Positions 19,352 through 29,785 of a DNA stretch of 64,000 bases are shown here, in pieces. The DNA comes from an uncultured Campylobacter sp. (lineage in GTDB: Bacteria; Campylobacterota; Campylobacteria; Campylobacterales; Campylobacteraceae): assembly GCF_937996225.1 (NCBI RefSeq), contig NZ_CALKTC010000009.1, forward strand, positions 768 through 64,767, read 5' to 3'. Positions within the stretch are counted from its first letter, which is position 1; every line of letters begins with the position of its first letter. Both the position numbers and the translations under genes were made by a program. The notes beneath the pieces were generated by a model. It did not search any database and was not told the DNA's origin. It saw only the letters and a program-made list of their open reading frames with translations.

Positions 19352-20746
19352 CTAAATTTCGGGCTCTTGTTCCTGTTTTTTCTCGCCGCTTGGGATCGCC
19401 GTATCGTACCAGTCGAGCTTGCGAGTAAAATACATAACGAGCGAAATCACCGCAAAGATCATCAGGCTTCCCATTAATAGGGCGTAGTCTTCGGAATTTA
19501 AGATAACATAGAGGATCGCGTATGAAACGAGCTGAACGCAAGTGATGAAAATGCCCCAGCGCGCGCCTTTGAAAATCGCGCTTGCGTAGAAAAATACTAT
19601 CGCGCTTACCGCGATCGCCGAAGCAGCATAGCTGATCGCAAAGCCCATATGCTCGGAAAGCGAAAGCACCAGCAGGTAGAAAACGACGTCTTCAAGCCCG
19701 ATGAGTAGATATTGGATCGGGTGGATGCGCTCGTGAGTATAAACCTCGCACAAAAAGATCGCCAAAAACGGCACCGCTAAAAATAACAGCGCGTAATCCG
19801 TGCAGCGCTTAATCAGCGAGTAGTTGTTCACGGGCTCGATGAAGCCGATGCTTACGGCGTCATTTCTATCGTCGTTGCTGCGCCAGTTCGTCATAGCGAC
19901 GCGGTCATCTTGATCTGCAAGCCACGCAGGAGCAATGCCTGCGGCTAAGCCTGTAACTTCCCACGAAGCTTTAAAACCGCTAGCGCTTACCTCGCGCGAT
20001 TTGGCGATGAAGCCGCCGCCAAAGCTAGGCGATGCCCAAGTAGAGCTAATTTCAAAACGGCTATTTTGCGCGATCGGAGCTAGATGAAGTGCCTCGCCGC
20101 CTTGAATTTTAAGCGTGCCGCTGATGCTAAAATCAGACGACAGCGCGGAAGCGGGGAGCTTGTAGATTAAACTTCGATCGAAAATTTTAGCCTCAGTGTT
20201 GCCGTGATATTGCTTAAGCTCCTTGCCGTTTAGGCTTAAAGCGGGGGAGGCGGTGAAGGATTTTTGATTGCCTACGCCGAGCACTAGCACGGCTTCGTCG
20301 AAATTTAGCCGCGCAGGATCGATGCCGAGCTCGGTATAGTTTATCGCCTCAAAGTCCGCCTTAAGCGCAAAATCGCCGTTATATATCGGAACTCGAAAAA
20401 TTCCGCGCTTTAGATAGGTGGGGTCGATCTGCGCTGATAAGAAGTAGTTTTTTGGCACGATGATGAAATTTTTCTCTACGCGCCTTTTTACGAGTTCATT
20501 GTTGCTTTTGTCTATCGCTTCGATTATCTCTGCGTAGGGCACTACGATCGCAAGGCCCTGGATTTGCAGCTCACCACCCACCGGCGTGAGGATCGAATCC
20601 TGCGCGAGCTGCTTGGTTTCGGAGCGCGAGTAGGTAAGATTATCGATAAAGCTTAGCGGGATTAGCAGCAGCAAAAGCAGCACTAAAACGATGAAAGGTT
20701 TCGTCCAAAACGCCCCTCGGATGGCGTTTTTAGTAGAATTTAACAA
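19352..20746 (-). CDS. creD: Cell envelope integrity inner membrane protein CreD
   Basis: KRGIFRVPIY, WASPSFGG, IHPIQYLLIGL, LVLSLSEH, EDYALLMGS, MYFTRKLDWY. Confidence 0.92.
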   Translation of the reverse strand: MLNSTKNAIRGAFWTKPFIVLVLLLLLLIPLSFIDNLTYSRSETKQLAQDSILTPVGGELQIQGLAIVVPYAEIIEAIDKSNNELVKRRVEKNFIIVPKNYFLSAQIDPTYLKRGIFRVPIYNGDFALKADFEAINYTELGIDPARLNFDEAVLVLGVGNQKSFTASPALSLNGKELKQYHGNTEAKIFDRSLIYKLPASALSSDFSISGTLKIQGGEALHLAPIAQNSRFEISSTWASPSFGGGFIAKSREVSASGFKASWEVTGLAAGIAPAWLADQDDRVAMTNWRSNDDRNDAVSIGFIEPVNNYSLIKRCTDYALLFLAVPFLAIFLCEVYTHERIHPIQYLLIGLEDVVFYLLVLSLSEHMGFAISYAASAIAVSAIVFFYASAIFKGARWGIFITCVQLVSYAILYVILNSEDYALLMGSLMIFAVISLVMYFTRKLDWYDTAIPSGEKKQEQEPEI

Positions 20747-20982
20747 AGGCTCTCCTTTTAAGTAGAATTAAAAACAGAATTTTAACGATGAAGAGTAAAT
20801 GGACGGCGCTTGAAGCGGGAGGAATCTTATAAATTCTAAAGGAACTTTGGATGTGAAGCGCTGCGGATATCGCTTTGAATTTTGGGGATTTCGCTGCAAG
20901 CTAGAATTTCATTGCGAATGAGAATTTTGCTATTTGCAAGAATTTTACGAGAAAATTTCTGTTAGTAGGATTTAAAAGCTTG

Positions 20983-21028
20983 AAATTCAAAGCCCTTGGA
21001 ATTTTGAAATTCCAAGGGCTTTGAATTT
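20983..21028. terminator. 22-bp perfect inverted repeat downstream of TonB-dependent receptor
   Basis: aaattcaaagcccttggaattt-tg-aaattccaagggctttgaattt. Confidence 0.75.
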
Positions 21029-21083
21029 TTAAAATTTCGCCGCTTTAGCGTGCAAAATTTCGTGCCGTCATCTCGCGTAAGCT

Positions 21084-23153
21084 TTAAAATTTATACGCCA
21101 CGCTTAGCTTGAAATTTCGTCCCGGCTCCCAGTCGATAGCGTTTGAATCTCCGGTAAAATCGGCGCTGCGCTGCGAGTGCGACGCGTAGGCTTTATCAAA
21201 GAGATTGTAAACGCCCGCGTTGATCTCAAGCCCTTTAAATCGCCCGCTATCCGGAGCGTAGGTCACATATAGATCGTGAACCGCGTAGCTAGGCACCTTG
21301 GTTTTTTCGTCGCTAGCTGCGGAGGCTACGTTTTTGGAGTCGAAAAAGAGCAAGTTATAGCCCAGCAGTAGATCCGCCGCAGAGATTGCGTACTCGGCAT
21401 TGAAGGTGTATTTATCGCCATAGTCGCGGTAGCCGATGATGTTTGAGCTTAGATAGCCCGAGCCGCTGCGCACGCGGTCTTTATATTCTACGTGCTGGTG
21501 GGTATAGCCCGCAGCAAGGCTCAAATCATCTAATATCAATCTTGCGAAAAGCTCGACGCCGTCAATGTCCGCACCGCCTGCATTAGCCCTGCATAAGGTA
21601 TTTGCTGCTCCTCCCGGGCAGCCGATAACGCCGCCGCGAGCATTGTTATCTACGATGAGATTTTTATATTCCGTCCTGAAATACTTCGCAGTTAGGCTTA
21701 CCGAGGAATTCTCTCCTAGATCGCTTTTGTAGCGACCGCCTATTTCGTAGGCGTTACCCGTAGTGGCTTTTAAATTTTCGTTAGCCATCCAGCTTAGCGG
21801 TCTGCCGCGGCTAGTGCCCGCAGCCATCATGCTCTCCATTACGTCAGGTCCTCTAAATACTCGCGCATAGCTCGCAAACGCTCCAAATCCCGCGCCAATC
21901 TCGTAATCAAGCGCCAAGGCGGGGCTCACTTCGTCGAATTTATATTTGTAGCTAGAGATATTAGCACCTCTGCCGTTATAAGTCTTTAGCTCGTGCCTTT
22001 CGTAGCGCACGCCGGGAGTTACCGTAAGCCCGCCGTAGTGCATAGCATCCTCGATATAAAAGCTATAATTATCGACCTTCTCGGGGCGTAGATTGCCAGG
22101 CTTAACGTAGTTTTCGGAGCGGTAGTAATCAAAGCCGTAACGCAACGTATGAGCCAAATCGCCCGTTTCAAATTTACTCTTAGCGCCGATTTTGCCGCCT
22201 TTGGTCTCGACGCCCCATTTTACGTTCGTCGAAGTCGATCCGATGCGTTGATGCTTGGTGTAATATCCCGTGATGTCGAGCTCTAGCAGGTCGCTTGGAT
22301 TATACGTGTATTTGATCGTGTGTGTATCGCGCTCGTATTTGCGGTTATCCAGCTGTCCGTTTAGCCATGAGCCGAATTCGGGGCGCAAAGGATACAAGCC
22401 TTTATACTGCATATGCTCGGTAGAGAGCGAAATTTTATGAAAATCCAAAAAGCTATAGCCCGCTTTTAATAAATAATTTATATCGTTGCCGTCGCCGCCC
22501 GTAGGCTTGCCGTTGCCCGATTCGCCGAAGCCGTATCCGTAGTGCTTAAACGCAGCAAGCATATCTAGGCTATCAAATGCTCTGCCGTAGAGCATCGCAC
22601 TTTGCGAATAGCCTTCGTTATTACTCGTATAGCCCACTTTGAGCTTGGCGCCGATATCCTGACCGTCCTCAAGCATGTCAGAAGCGTCTACCGTCCTGAA
22701 GGCAACTGAGCCGCCCAAAGCGCCCGAGCCGTTCACGACCGAGCGCGCGCCTACATCGACCTCTACGGCTTTGATAAGATCAGGATCGATTAGTAAATCG
22801 GCGTTGTGATGGAAGGTATTGCCGTTTTGCTTCGCGCCGTCAATCGTGATATTTAGACCGCGATCGCTCACGCCGCGCATATAAATTTTTTGATTCATGC
22901 CGTTGGTGCCGCCCACATAAACGCCTGGGATGTCGCGAAATACATCTTTGACGAGCGTAGCGTTGCGAGTATTGATTTTGATATCATCCACGGTGCTAGG
23001 CGTGCTAGAATCGCTAGTAACTTCGATTACGCCTAGGCTTTGCGTATTTGAATCCTTGCTTTTGGATGCGTCCGTAGCGCTTGATTTCTCGTCTGCTTGT
23101 GCGCTTAAGCAAAGAACTGCGCACAAGGACAAAGCCAGATGAAATTTTTTCAT
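21084..23153 (-). CDS. TonB-dependent outer-membrane receptor (FrpB/FetA-like, probable metal uptake)
   Basis: Signal peptide, plug (IYMRG...ITIDGA...GSGALGGSV), NLFDKAY...EPGRNFKLSVAYKF terminal Phe. Confidence 0.93.
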   Translation of the reverse strand: MKKFHLALSLCAVLCLSAQADEKSSATDASKSKDSNTQSLGVIEVTSDSSTPSTVDDIKINTRNATLVKDVFRDIPGVYVGGTNGMNQKIYMRGVSDRGLNITIDGAKQNGNTFHHNADLLIDPDLIKAVEVDVGARSVVNGSGALGGSVAFRTVDASDMLEDGQDIGAKLKVGYTSNNEGYSQSAMLYGRAFDSLDMLAAFKHYGYGFGESGNGKPTGGDGNDINYLLKAGYSFLDFHKISLSTEHMQYKGLYPLRPEFGSWLNGQLDNRKYERDTHTIKYTYNPSDLLELDITGYYTKHQRIGSTSTNVKWGVETKGGKIGAKSKFETGDLAHTLRYGFDYYRSENYVKPGNLRPEKVDNYSFYIEDAMHYGGLTVTPGVRYERHELKTYNGRGANISSYKYKFDEVSPALALDYEIGAGFGAFASYARVFRGPDVMESMMAAGTSRGRPLSWMANENLKATTGNAYEIGGRYKSDLGENSSVSLTAKYFRTEYKNLIVDNNARGGVIGCPGGAANTLCRANAGGADIDGVELFARLILDDLSLAAGYTHQHVEYKDRVRSGSGYLSSNIIGYRDYGDKYTFNAEYAISAADLLLGYNLLFFDSKNVASAASDEKTKVPSYAVHDLYVTYAPDSGRFKGLEINAGVYNLFDKAYASHSQRSADFTGDSNAIDWEPGRNFKLSVAYKF

Positions 23154-23164
23154 ACGAAACTCCT

Positions 23165-23235
23165 AAATGATAATTAAGATTAAAAAACGGTAAATAATAT
23201 AAAATTAATCCTTTATTTTATATTAATTATCAAGA
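23165..23235. promoter_or_regulatory. Probable Fur-binding region in the divergent receptor / exbB promoter
   Basis: aaatgataattaagattaa (23165-23183) and tattaattatca (23221-23232) resemble Fur-box half sites; very AT-rich spacer. Confidence 0.5.
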
Positions 23236-23430
23236 CGTTTTAAAATCATTAGAATTTTATCTCAGAATGCTTTGTTATCATTAAATAAAGCTAAATGATA
23301 AAATATAATTTAAATATCTATCATCAAAATTTTAGTAAAAATTAAATCTACTTTTGATAAAATCGCTCATTTTTTTGGCAAGGCGATTTGCTGAATTTAT
23401 AAAAATTTTTAAAATTTTTAAGGAGAGCTT

Positions 23431-23859
23431 ATGGGCATTATGGAATTTTTGGCGCATTACGTGGATTACATTATCTTTGCGATCCTCGGATTTATGAGCT
23501 TTTTAGTCGTGTGGTTTACTATCGAAAGGCTGCTTTTTTATTCGAAGGTTAAGGCGAGCGATTACAAAAGCAAAGCGCTATATGAAGAGGCTCTGACAAA
23601 AAATTTAACGACACTTTATATTGTTTATTCAAATGCTCCGTATATCGGTCTTTTAGGTACTGTCATCGGCATTATGATCACATTTTTTGATATGAGTACT
23701 GCAAGCGGTATCGATACCAAGGCTATCATGCAGGGTCTTTCGCTTGCGCTTAAAGCTACCGCTACCGGTCTAGTCGTCGCCGTGCCTACGCTCATCATCT
23801 ACAATGGCTTTGTCCGCAAGGTAGATGTGCTTCTAAACCGCTACGATGAGGTTAAATAA
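23431..23859 (+). CDS. exbB: TonB-system energizer ExbB
   Basis: SNAPYIGLLGTVIGIM, ALKATATGLVVAVP. Confidence 0.95.
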   Translation: MGIMEFLAHYVDYIIFAILGFMSFLVVWFTIERLLFYSKVKASDYKSKALYEEALTKNLTTLYIVYSNAPYIGLLGTVIGIMITFFDMSTASGIDTKAIMQGLSLALKATATGLVVAVPTLIIYNGFVRKVDVLLNRYDEVK

Positions 23860-24243
23860 ATGAGCATTCCTAGACGAGACGGGCTAAATATCGTCCCGTT
23901 CATCGACATCATGCTGGTACTGCTAGCGATTGTGCTTAGCGTTTCGACTTTTATCGCGCAGGGTCATATCAAGGTAAATCTGCCCTCGTCTTCAAGCTCG
24001 CAAAATCCGCAAGAGGATAAAAAAGTTACCATCAAAGTGGATAGCGAATCTAAAATTTATCTAGACGATGTCGAAATAAGCGAGGATGAGCTTGAGAAAA
24101 AAATTGCCGCACTCGATAAAAACGATCTTGTCGTGTTGAAAAACGATAAGGACTCGAAATTTTCCTCTTTCATTTCTATCATGGATGTCCTAAAAAAGGC
24201 GGGCCATGAAAAATTTGCGATCGTGACCGAAAAAGAGCAATGA
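23860..24243 (+). CDS. exbD: Biopolymer transporter ExbD
   Basis: LNIVPFIDIMLVLL...VNLP. Confidence 0.95.
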   Translation: MSIPRRDGLNIVPFIDIMLVLLAIVLSVSTFIAQGHIKVNLPSSSSSQNPQEDKKVTIKVDSESKIYLDDVEISEDELEKKIAALDKNDLVVLKNDKDSKFSSFISIMDVLKKAGHEKFAIVTEKEQ

Positions 24244-25070
24244 ATAAAGATAGCGCAGTAGGTTTTATCGTATCTTTGGTGCTGCATTGCATCATCGCTG
24301 TGGGTGTTTTCGCTCTTTTATCGTCGACACCGAAGCCGCCTAGCATGCCCGATATGATAGCCTTTTCCATCGATAGCATAATGGATGATGCCAAGCAGGG
24401 CGATATCTCCGATGAGCCCAATATCCCGCCTCCTTCCGATCAGTCCGAACCGGAACCTGAGCCAGAGCCCACTCCGCCGGAGCCCGAACCGGAACCGGAA
24501 CCAACTCCGCCTGAGCCAGAGCCGATTCCTGAACCGGAGCCTATACCAGAGCCTGTAGTCGAAAAACCGAAACCGGTCGAAAAGCCTAAGCCAAAGCCGG
24601 TAGAAAAACCAAAACTGGTTGAAAAACCTAAGCCTAAAAAAGAGCATAAAGTTCAAAGCAGCGATAGGAATTTAACGGCAAAGTTTGACCCGACAAAGCC
24701 TATTTCGCTAGGTAGCGGCGGGGGCGGCGGCTCCAGTAGCGCAGGTGGCGGTAGTGACGCTATAACAAGCCGCGGCGATCCTAGCAATAGCGATGTTGGC
24801 AAGAAAATTTTCGCCATTATTTCTCGCTACGCGCAGTCGCACTACCCTAAAAATGCCCAACGTATGCGTAAAATCGGCGTCGTAGGCGTGCACTTTACCT
24901 ATACGGCAAGCGGAGACGTTAAAGGTCTTCGCGTTACGTCTTCCTCGAATGTCGATTCGCTTGATGAGGGCGCGTTAAGCGCGGTCGAGCGCACCAAAGG
25001 TAGCTTTCCAAAGGTCGAGAAAGATATGGAATTTAACTTTAGCATAAAGTATACGCTAAATTTCAACTAG
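24240..25070 (+). CDS. tonB: Energy transducer TonB
   Basis: TM with SxxxH, EP/KP proline-rich spacer, YPKNAQR C-terminal domain. Confidence 0.92.
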   Translation: MNKDSAVGFIVSLVLHCIIAVGVFALLSSTPKPPSMPDMIAFSIDSIMDDAKQGDISDEPNIPPPSDQSEPEPEPEPTPPEPEPEPEPTPPEPEPIPEPEPIPEPVVEKPKPVEKPKPKPVEKPKLVEKPKPKKEHKVQSSDRNLTAKFDPTKPISLGSGGGGGSSSAGGGSDAITSRGDPSNSDVGKKIFAIISRYAQSHYPKNAQRMRKIGVVGVHFTYTASGDVKGLRVTSSSNVDSLDEGALSAVERTKGSFPKVEKDMEFNFSIKYTLNFN

Positions 25071-25102
25071 CCTTAAAGCTTCTACTAAAAACTCCTGCCG
25101 GA

Positions 25103-25128
25103 GCGGTAAAATTTTAAAATTTTACCGC
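25103..25128. terminator. 26-bp perfect palindrome after tonB
   Basis: gcggtaaaattttaaaattttaccgc. Confidence 0.65.
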
Positions 25129-25422
25129 CCTTGCCGCTTTATCTTAGCTCGCAAAATTCTATCTCGGCAAAGTGAAATTTTAAAATTTACTGCTCTTACT
25201 ACCGCTTTTGTCGCTCTGCCGCATGAGCTTTTATAAGCGGATTGTCGCCGTGAAATTTAAAATTTAAACGGAGAAAATTATGTCTTTTCAAATTTAGCCA
25301 AGCAAGCATCTTAGAGCATTAAAATTTTAAATTTAAGCTGCGAAATTGCTAGGAAATTCCACTGATTTTAATGGAATTTTTACTATAATTTCGTATGAAA
25401 TTTAAAAGATTAAAGGAAATTT

Positions 25423-26370
25423 ATGATAGACGTTTACGACTTGGCGGTGATCGGCGGCGGTCCTTGCGGCATCGCTTCCGTAGTAGAAGCCAAAAGAAAC
25501 GGGCTCGCGCACGTGCTTCTGCTCGAAAAAGGCGACAACCACTCTCAAACAATTAGGCAGTTTTACAAAGATAAAAAGCGCGTCGATAAAGAATATAAAG
25601 GTTTTGACAGCGAGACGCGCGGCTCTATTTCGTTTGAAACCGGCACGAAAGAGAGCGTGCTAAATTATTTCGACGAGCTCTTAGATAGCGACGAAATCGA
25701 TACGAATTTCAAAAGTGAGGTCGAAAAGATCGAAAAGCACGCAGATGAGTTTTATATTACAACTAGCTCGGCTGGATACCGCGCGCGCAATGTCATCGTC
25801 GCAATTGGCAGGATGGGCAAGCCCAATAAGCCCGCTTATAAAATTCCGCCTTCGATCACGCAACGGGTAAATTTCAATCTTGATAAATGCACAATTAATG
25901 AAAAAATTCTAGTCGTTGGAGGCGGTAACTCAGCTGCGGAATACGCTATAGCACTATGTAAAACCAATGTCGTGACGCTTTGCTATCGCAAGGCTAAATT
26001 TACCCGCCTAAACGAGACGAATGAAAGCGACGTAATGCGCGAGACCAAATACGGCAACATCATCTTGCGCTTAGGTATCGATATAGAGGCTCTTGAGAAT
26101 GAAAACGGCAAGGTGCTGGTAAAATTTGATGATGGCACCGAGCTCGTGTTTGACCGCGTGATATACGCGATCGGCGGCACGAGCCCGATCGATTTTCTTA
26201 AAAAATGCGGCATCGCTTACGACGAAAACGGCGTGCCGATCGTGGATGAAAATCTCCAGACCGCCACTAGCGGGCTTTACGTCGGCGGAGATCTCATCAG
26301 CAGAAGCGGCGGATCGATCGTGGTGGCGATAAATCACGCCCATACCATCATCAAAAATATCCGCAGATGA
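25423..26370 (+). CDS. fqrB: Thioredoxin-reductase-like NAD(P)H/FAD oxidoreductase (FqrB, flavodoxin:quinone reductase type)
   Basis: GGGPCG, TIRQFYKDKKRVD, VGGGNSAAEYA; lacks TrxB CxxC. Confidence 0.8.
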   Translation: MIDVYDLAVIGGGPCGIASVVEAKRNGLAHVLLLEKGDNHSQTIRQFYKDKKRVDKEYKGFDSETRGSISFETGTKESVLNYFDELLDSDEIDTNFKSEVEKIEKHADEFYITTSSAGYRARNVIVAIGRMGKPNKPAYKIPPSITQRVNFNLDKCTINEKILVVGGGNSAAEYAIALCKTNVVTLCYRKAKFTRLNETNESDVMRETKYGNIILRLGIDIEALENENGKVLVKFDDGTELVFDRVIYAIGGTSPIDFLKKCGIAYDENGVPIVDENLQTATSGLYVGGDLISRSGGSIVVAINHAHTIIKNIRR

Positions 26371-27608
26371 GGCTTTATCAGCCAAAAAAGGGTTATCGCT
26401 ACACGAGCGATACGATTTTTTTGTGGAATTTTATAAGAAGCTCAGGCGTGCGTAAAGCTGACGCAGCATCGCAGAATGGCTCTTGGGCGCTGGGCTGTGG
26501 CGCGGAATTTAAAGACGCGACAGATGGAGGCTTTAATGCGCAGTTTTGCGCTTCGGATTTCGCAGGCGGCGAAGCGGAATTTTGCGCCGAGGATTGCGCT
26601 TTTAGCAAAGAAGAGTCGTATGCCGCTGACCATAGCGCGGAGAATGATCGCGATTTTAGAAGTAAGGGCTGCGCTGAACTTAAGGCGGAATTTAAAAAGG
26701 AATTTCAAGAGGCATTTTGGGCGAAATTTCAAAGCGGACGCTGCAAAAATTCCGATTTCCAAAGCGACAAAGCCTGGCATGCTTTAAAGCCTGATATCGC
26801 AAGCGGTGAAAATTTTAAATTTTGTGACGAGCAAATCGCGCAGCCTTTAGAATCTCAAAAGACGCACGATAAAGATTTCGTGAGCAAATTTGAAGACGCC
26901 AAGGTGCGCGAGGATTTTGCTGCGGAGTGCTTGCGTGACGGCGGGTTTGCAGTTTGCGATGAGCGTAGTTTAAAAAGCGCTCTAAATCCGCGAGCGATAT
27001 ACGGCGACGTGCTGGATGTGGGCGCAGGATGTGGAATTTTAGGGCTTTTACTAAAGCGCGATTTTAAAAGCATTAATTTAAGCTTGCTAGAAATTCAAGA
27101 GCGAAATTTAGAAATCTTAAGGCTAAATTCTTTGCAAAACGATCTGCCTGCCGAGATTTTGCACGCGGATTTCGCGGAGTTTAAAAGCAAAAAGCGTTTT
27201 GACTTTATCGTCTCAAATCCGCCATTTTATCGTGAGCGCATTTCGCTTAGCAAAGAGCCTCATATGGCGCTTAGTAAGAGCGCAGTAAGCCTTAGCCTAC
27301 GGGATTTCGTGCGATCTGCGAATGCTCATCTTAAGCCTGGTGGCACACTTATTTTTTGCTACGAGGCGGGCAAGCTAGCTAAAATTTGCGAGCTTTTGGG
27401 CGAGTTTAGGCTAAATTTGACGAGGCTTGGTTTTGTCTATCCTGACATTTCAAAGCCCGCTAAGCTCGCGCTTTTGCAGGCCCGTAAGAACTCGCGCTCG
27501 CCCTGTGAGATCGTCCCTCCGATCTATGCTAGCGCGCACGGAAAGCGCACCGCACAAGCCCACGCGATCTACAAAAGCGCGGATCTGACGAGCGTGGATT
27601 ATGAGTGA
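26367..27608 (+). CDS. tRNA1(Val) adenine(37)-N6 methyltransferase family, with ~180-aa insertion
   Basis: LYQPKKGYRYTSD, VLDVGAGCG, FDFIVSNPPFY. Confidence 0.88.
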   Translation: MRLYQPKKGYRYTSDTIFLWNFIRSSGVRKADAASQNGSWALGCGAEFKDATDGGFNAQFCASDFAGGEAEFCAEDCAFSKEESYAADHSAENDRDFRSKGCAELKAEFKKEFQEAFWAKFQSGRCKNSDFQSDKAWHALKPDIASGENFKFCDEQIAQPLESQKTHDKDFVSKFEDAKVREDFAAECLRDGGFAVCDERSLKSALNPRAIYGDVLDVGAGCGILGLLLKRDFKSINLSLLEIQERNLEILRLNSLQNDLPAEILHADFAEFKSKKRFDFIVSNPPFYRERISLSKEPHMALSKSAVSLSLRDFVRSANAHLKPGGTLIFCYEAGKLAKICELLGEFRLNLTRLGFVYPDISKPAKLALLQARKNSRSPCEIVPPIYASAHGKRTAQAHAIYKSADLTSVDYE

Positions 27609-27960
27609 GTTTGGCTTTAGCTTTGATGCGAGCGCGTGTGAGCGCTGCGGCGGTAAGTGCTGCACGGGAGAGAGCGGCTACATCTGGATAGATGAGAGTG
27701 AGATCGCAGCACTTGCGGTAAAATTTGAAATTTCGCCCGCGGAGCTTAAAAGGACGTATTTGGACAAGATAGGCGCTAGATTTAGCGTAAAAGAAAAGCC
27801 CTTTGAAGGCGGTTTGGCGTGCGTATTTTTTGACGAGGCGCAGCGCAACTGCGGGATTTACGAGCTGCGCCCGAAGCAGTGCTGTAGCTTTCCGTTTTGG
27901 GAATATTTTAAAACGCATACTAAAGAATTGGAGGAAGAATGTATCGGGGTAAGGTTTTAA
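27601..27960 (+). CDS. YkgJ family cysteine-cluster protein
   Basis: CERCGGKCC...CVFF...CGIYELRPKQCCSFPFW. Confidence 0.9.
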   Translation: MSEFGFSFDASACERCGGKCCTGESGYIWIDESEIAALAVKFEISPAELKRTYLDKIGARFSVKEKPFEGGLACVFFDEAQRNCGIYELRPKQCCSFPFWEYFKTHTKELEEECIGVRF

Positions 27961-29783
27961 GCGGAATTTTAATCGCGGCGATGATTTTAGCGCCGCAGTA
28001 TATAAGTGCGGAGAGTGGGACGAATGCTGCAGCGGCGAAGCAGTCCGTTACGGATAAAAAGGCGTCTGATAAGAATTCCAGCATTGGCACAAAAAACGGT
28101 ACAAAAGATGCAATTAAAAAGAGCTTGATAAATCGCGGCGTAAGCGCTAAAAGTATAACCAAAGAAAAGCTAAACCACGCGATGCGAGCGCAAGAAGACG
28201 CCGAGTTAAATTTCGATTTGCTTACAGCTTTGGAGCTACTGCATAAAGATCCCGTCGCATCGATGTTTTTATACGAAAAGGCATACAATAAAACGGGCTC
28301 GTCCGTTTATCTGCTAGAAGCGCTAAAGACTGCTTTTGCGATCAAAGATCGTAAAAATACGGCGCGCTATTTAAAGCTCGGCGAAAAAAGCCTAAGCTCA
28401 GACTCTGAGTATCTGCGAGTAAAGATCGGCTACTACTTAGGCATTAAAGATAATCTAAATGCTAATACTGCTGCTCTTAAGCTAGTCACCGTAGATCCGG
28501 TTTCGCGTAGTTACGCGATCTTGGCGGCGACATATTATGCGATGGAGAATTTTACTTTAGCCAAAACCTACTTTGAAAAAGCCTATGAGCTAGACAAAAC
28601 TGACGAAAATCTCATCAGATTATGCGACGTGCTGTTAAATAAACTCAATGATTCGGACGGAGCGATCCGCATCATCGAGACGCATAGGCGCATCTACGGC
28701 TGCGCCCAGGGTATGGCGTGCGAGCTGCTAGCTGATGTGTATCGCGCGAATAAGCGCTATTTAGATGTCGCTAAGATCGATGAAGCGTTGTATGAAGCCA
28801 AAGGAGATAATAAATTCTTAGACGATATGATAGCGATTTATTACTACTCAAACGACTTTGATAAAATAATCGAGCTTTTGAAGAAATACGACTACAAGCG
28901 CGAGCTTCTAATCGACGCCTACGCGCATAAGAAAGACTATAAAACCGCAATTAAAATGGCACGCGATGAGTTTATGAAGACCAAAAATTACGACTTTTTG
29001 GCGATCGAGGCGATCTACGAATATGAAAGTGCGGGCAAAAGCGTGGACGCTAAAACCCTGTCTAGCGTAGTGGCAAAATTTGAAAATATCGCGCCGCAGC
29101 TTAAAGACCCCGTGCATCTAAACTACTACGGATACATTTTAATAGATCACGATTTGGACGTTCGCAAGGGCATCGAGCTCGTCCGCCGCGCTCTACAAAA
29201 AGACCCCGACTCACCGTATTATCTGGACTCGCTTGCTTGGGGATACTACAAGCTTGGCGAGTGCGACAAGGCTAAAAATGAAATGGCTAAGATCAAAGAC
29301 GCAGAATTTTTTAATTCCCCCGAAGGCAAAGAGCATTTAGAGGCGATCGATGCGTGCGCCGCTAGCACAGGCGTAGCGCCGCAGAATTCTATATCGCAAA
29401 ACCCCTCTACGATAAAAGGCTCCGCGCCGAAAGATCAGGCGCCGCAAAGCCCGGCAATAAAAACTCATTCGCCTAATTCCATAAAATCTACGGCGCCCGA
29501 AAGCTCTGCGTTAGATTCCGCGCGTCCAAGTCCCACCACAACGCAGAATTTGGCGCCAAAAGACTCCGCTTCGCAAAATTCTGTTGGGTCTGCAAATTCC
29601 GCGATTCAAAACCAGACACCAAATTCCGCGGCTTCTGAAAATTTTGCGACGCCTATAAATTCCGCCGCGCAGAATTCTGCCTCGTCAAGACAAAATTCCG
29701 TATCGAGGCAGGATTTTATGCCAGAGCAAAATTCTACGTCGAAAGAGCCTGCCGGCTCTAAAATCCAGACACCAAAGCAGTAG
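27939..29783 (+). CDS. Exported tetratricopeptide-repeat protein with low-complexity tail
   Basis: Signal peptide; [10 protein letters not shown]...[16 protein letters not shown] motifs; QNS-rich C-terminus. Confidence 0.88.
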   Translation: MYRGKVLSGILIAAMILAPQYISAESGTNAAAAKQSVTDKKASDKNSSIGTKNGTKDAIKKSLINRGVSAKSITKEKLNHAMRAQEDAELNFDLLTALELLHKDPVASMFLYEKAYNKTGSSVYLLEALKTAFAIKDRKNTARYLKLGEKSLSSDSEYLRVKIGYYLGIKDNLNANTAALKLVTVDPVSRSYAILAATYYAMENFTLAKTYFEKAYELDKTDENLIRLCDVLLNKLNDSDGAIRIIETHRRIYGCAQGMACELLADVYRANKRYLDVAKIDEALYEAKGDNKFLDDMIAIYYYSNDFDKIIELLKKYDYKRELLIDAYAHKKDYKTAIKMARDEFMKTKNYDFLAIEAIYEYESAGKSVDAKTLSSVVAKFENIAPQLKDPVHLNYYGYILIDHDLDVRKGIELVRRALQKDPDSPYYLDSLAWGYYKLGECDKAKNEMAKIKDAEFFNSPEGKEHLEAIDACAASTGVAPQNSISQNPSTIKGSAPKDQAPQSPAIKTHSPNSIKSTAPESSALDSARPSPTTTQNLAPKDSASQNSVGSANSAIQNQTPNSAASENFATPINSAAQNSASSRQNSVSRQDFMPEQNSTSKEPAGSKIQTPKQ

Positions 29784-29785
29784 CG

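Noticed and set aside
24430..24640. EP/KP repeats in tonB as another anomalous insert
   Set aside because: This is the normal proline-rich periplasmic spacer of TonB and lacks RAATTY.
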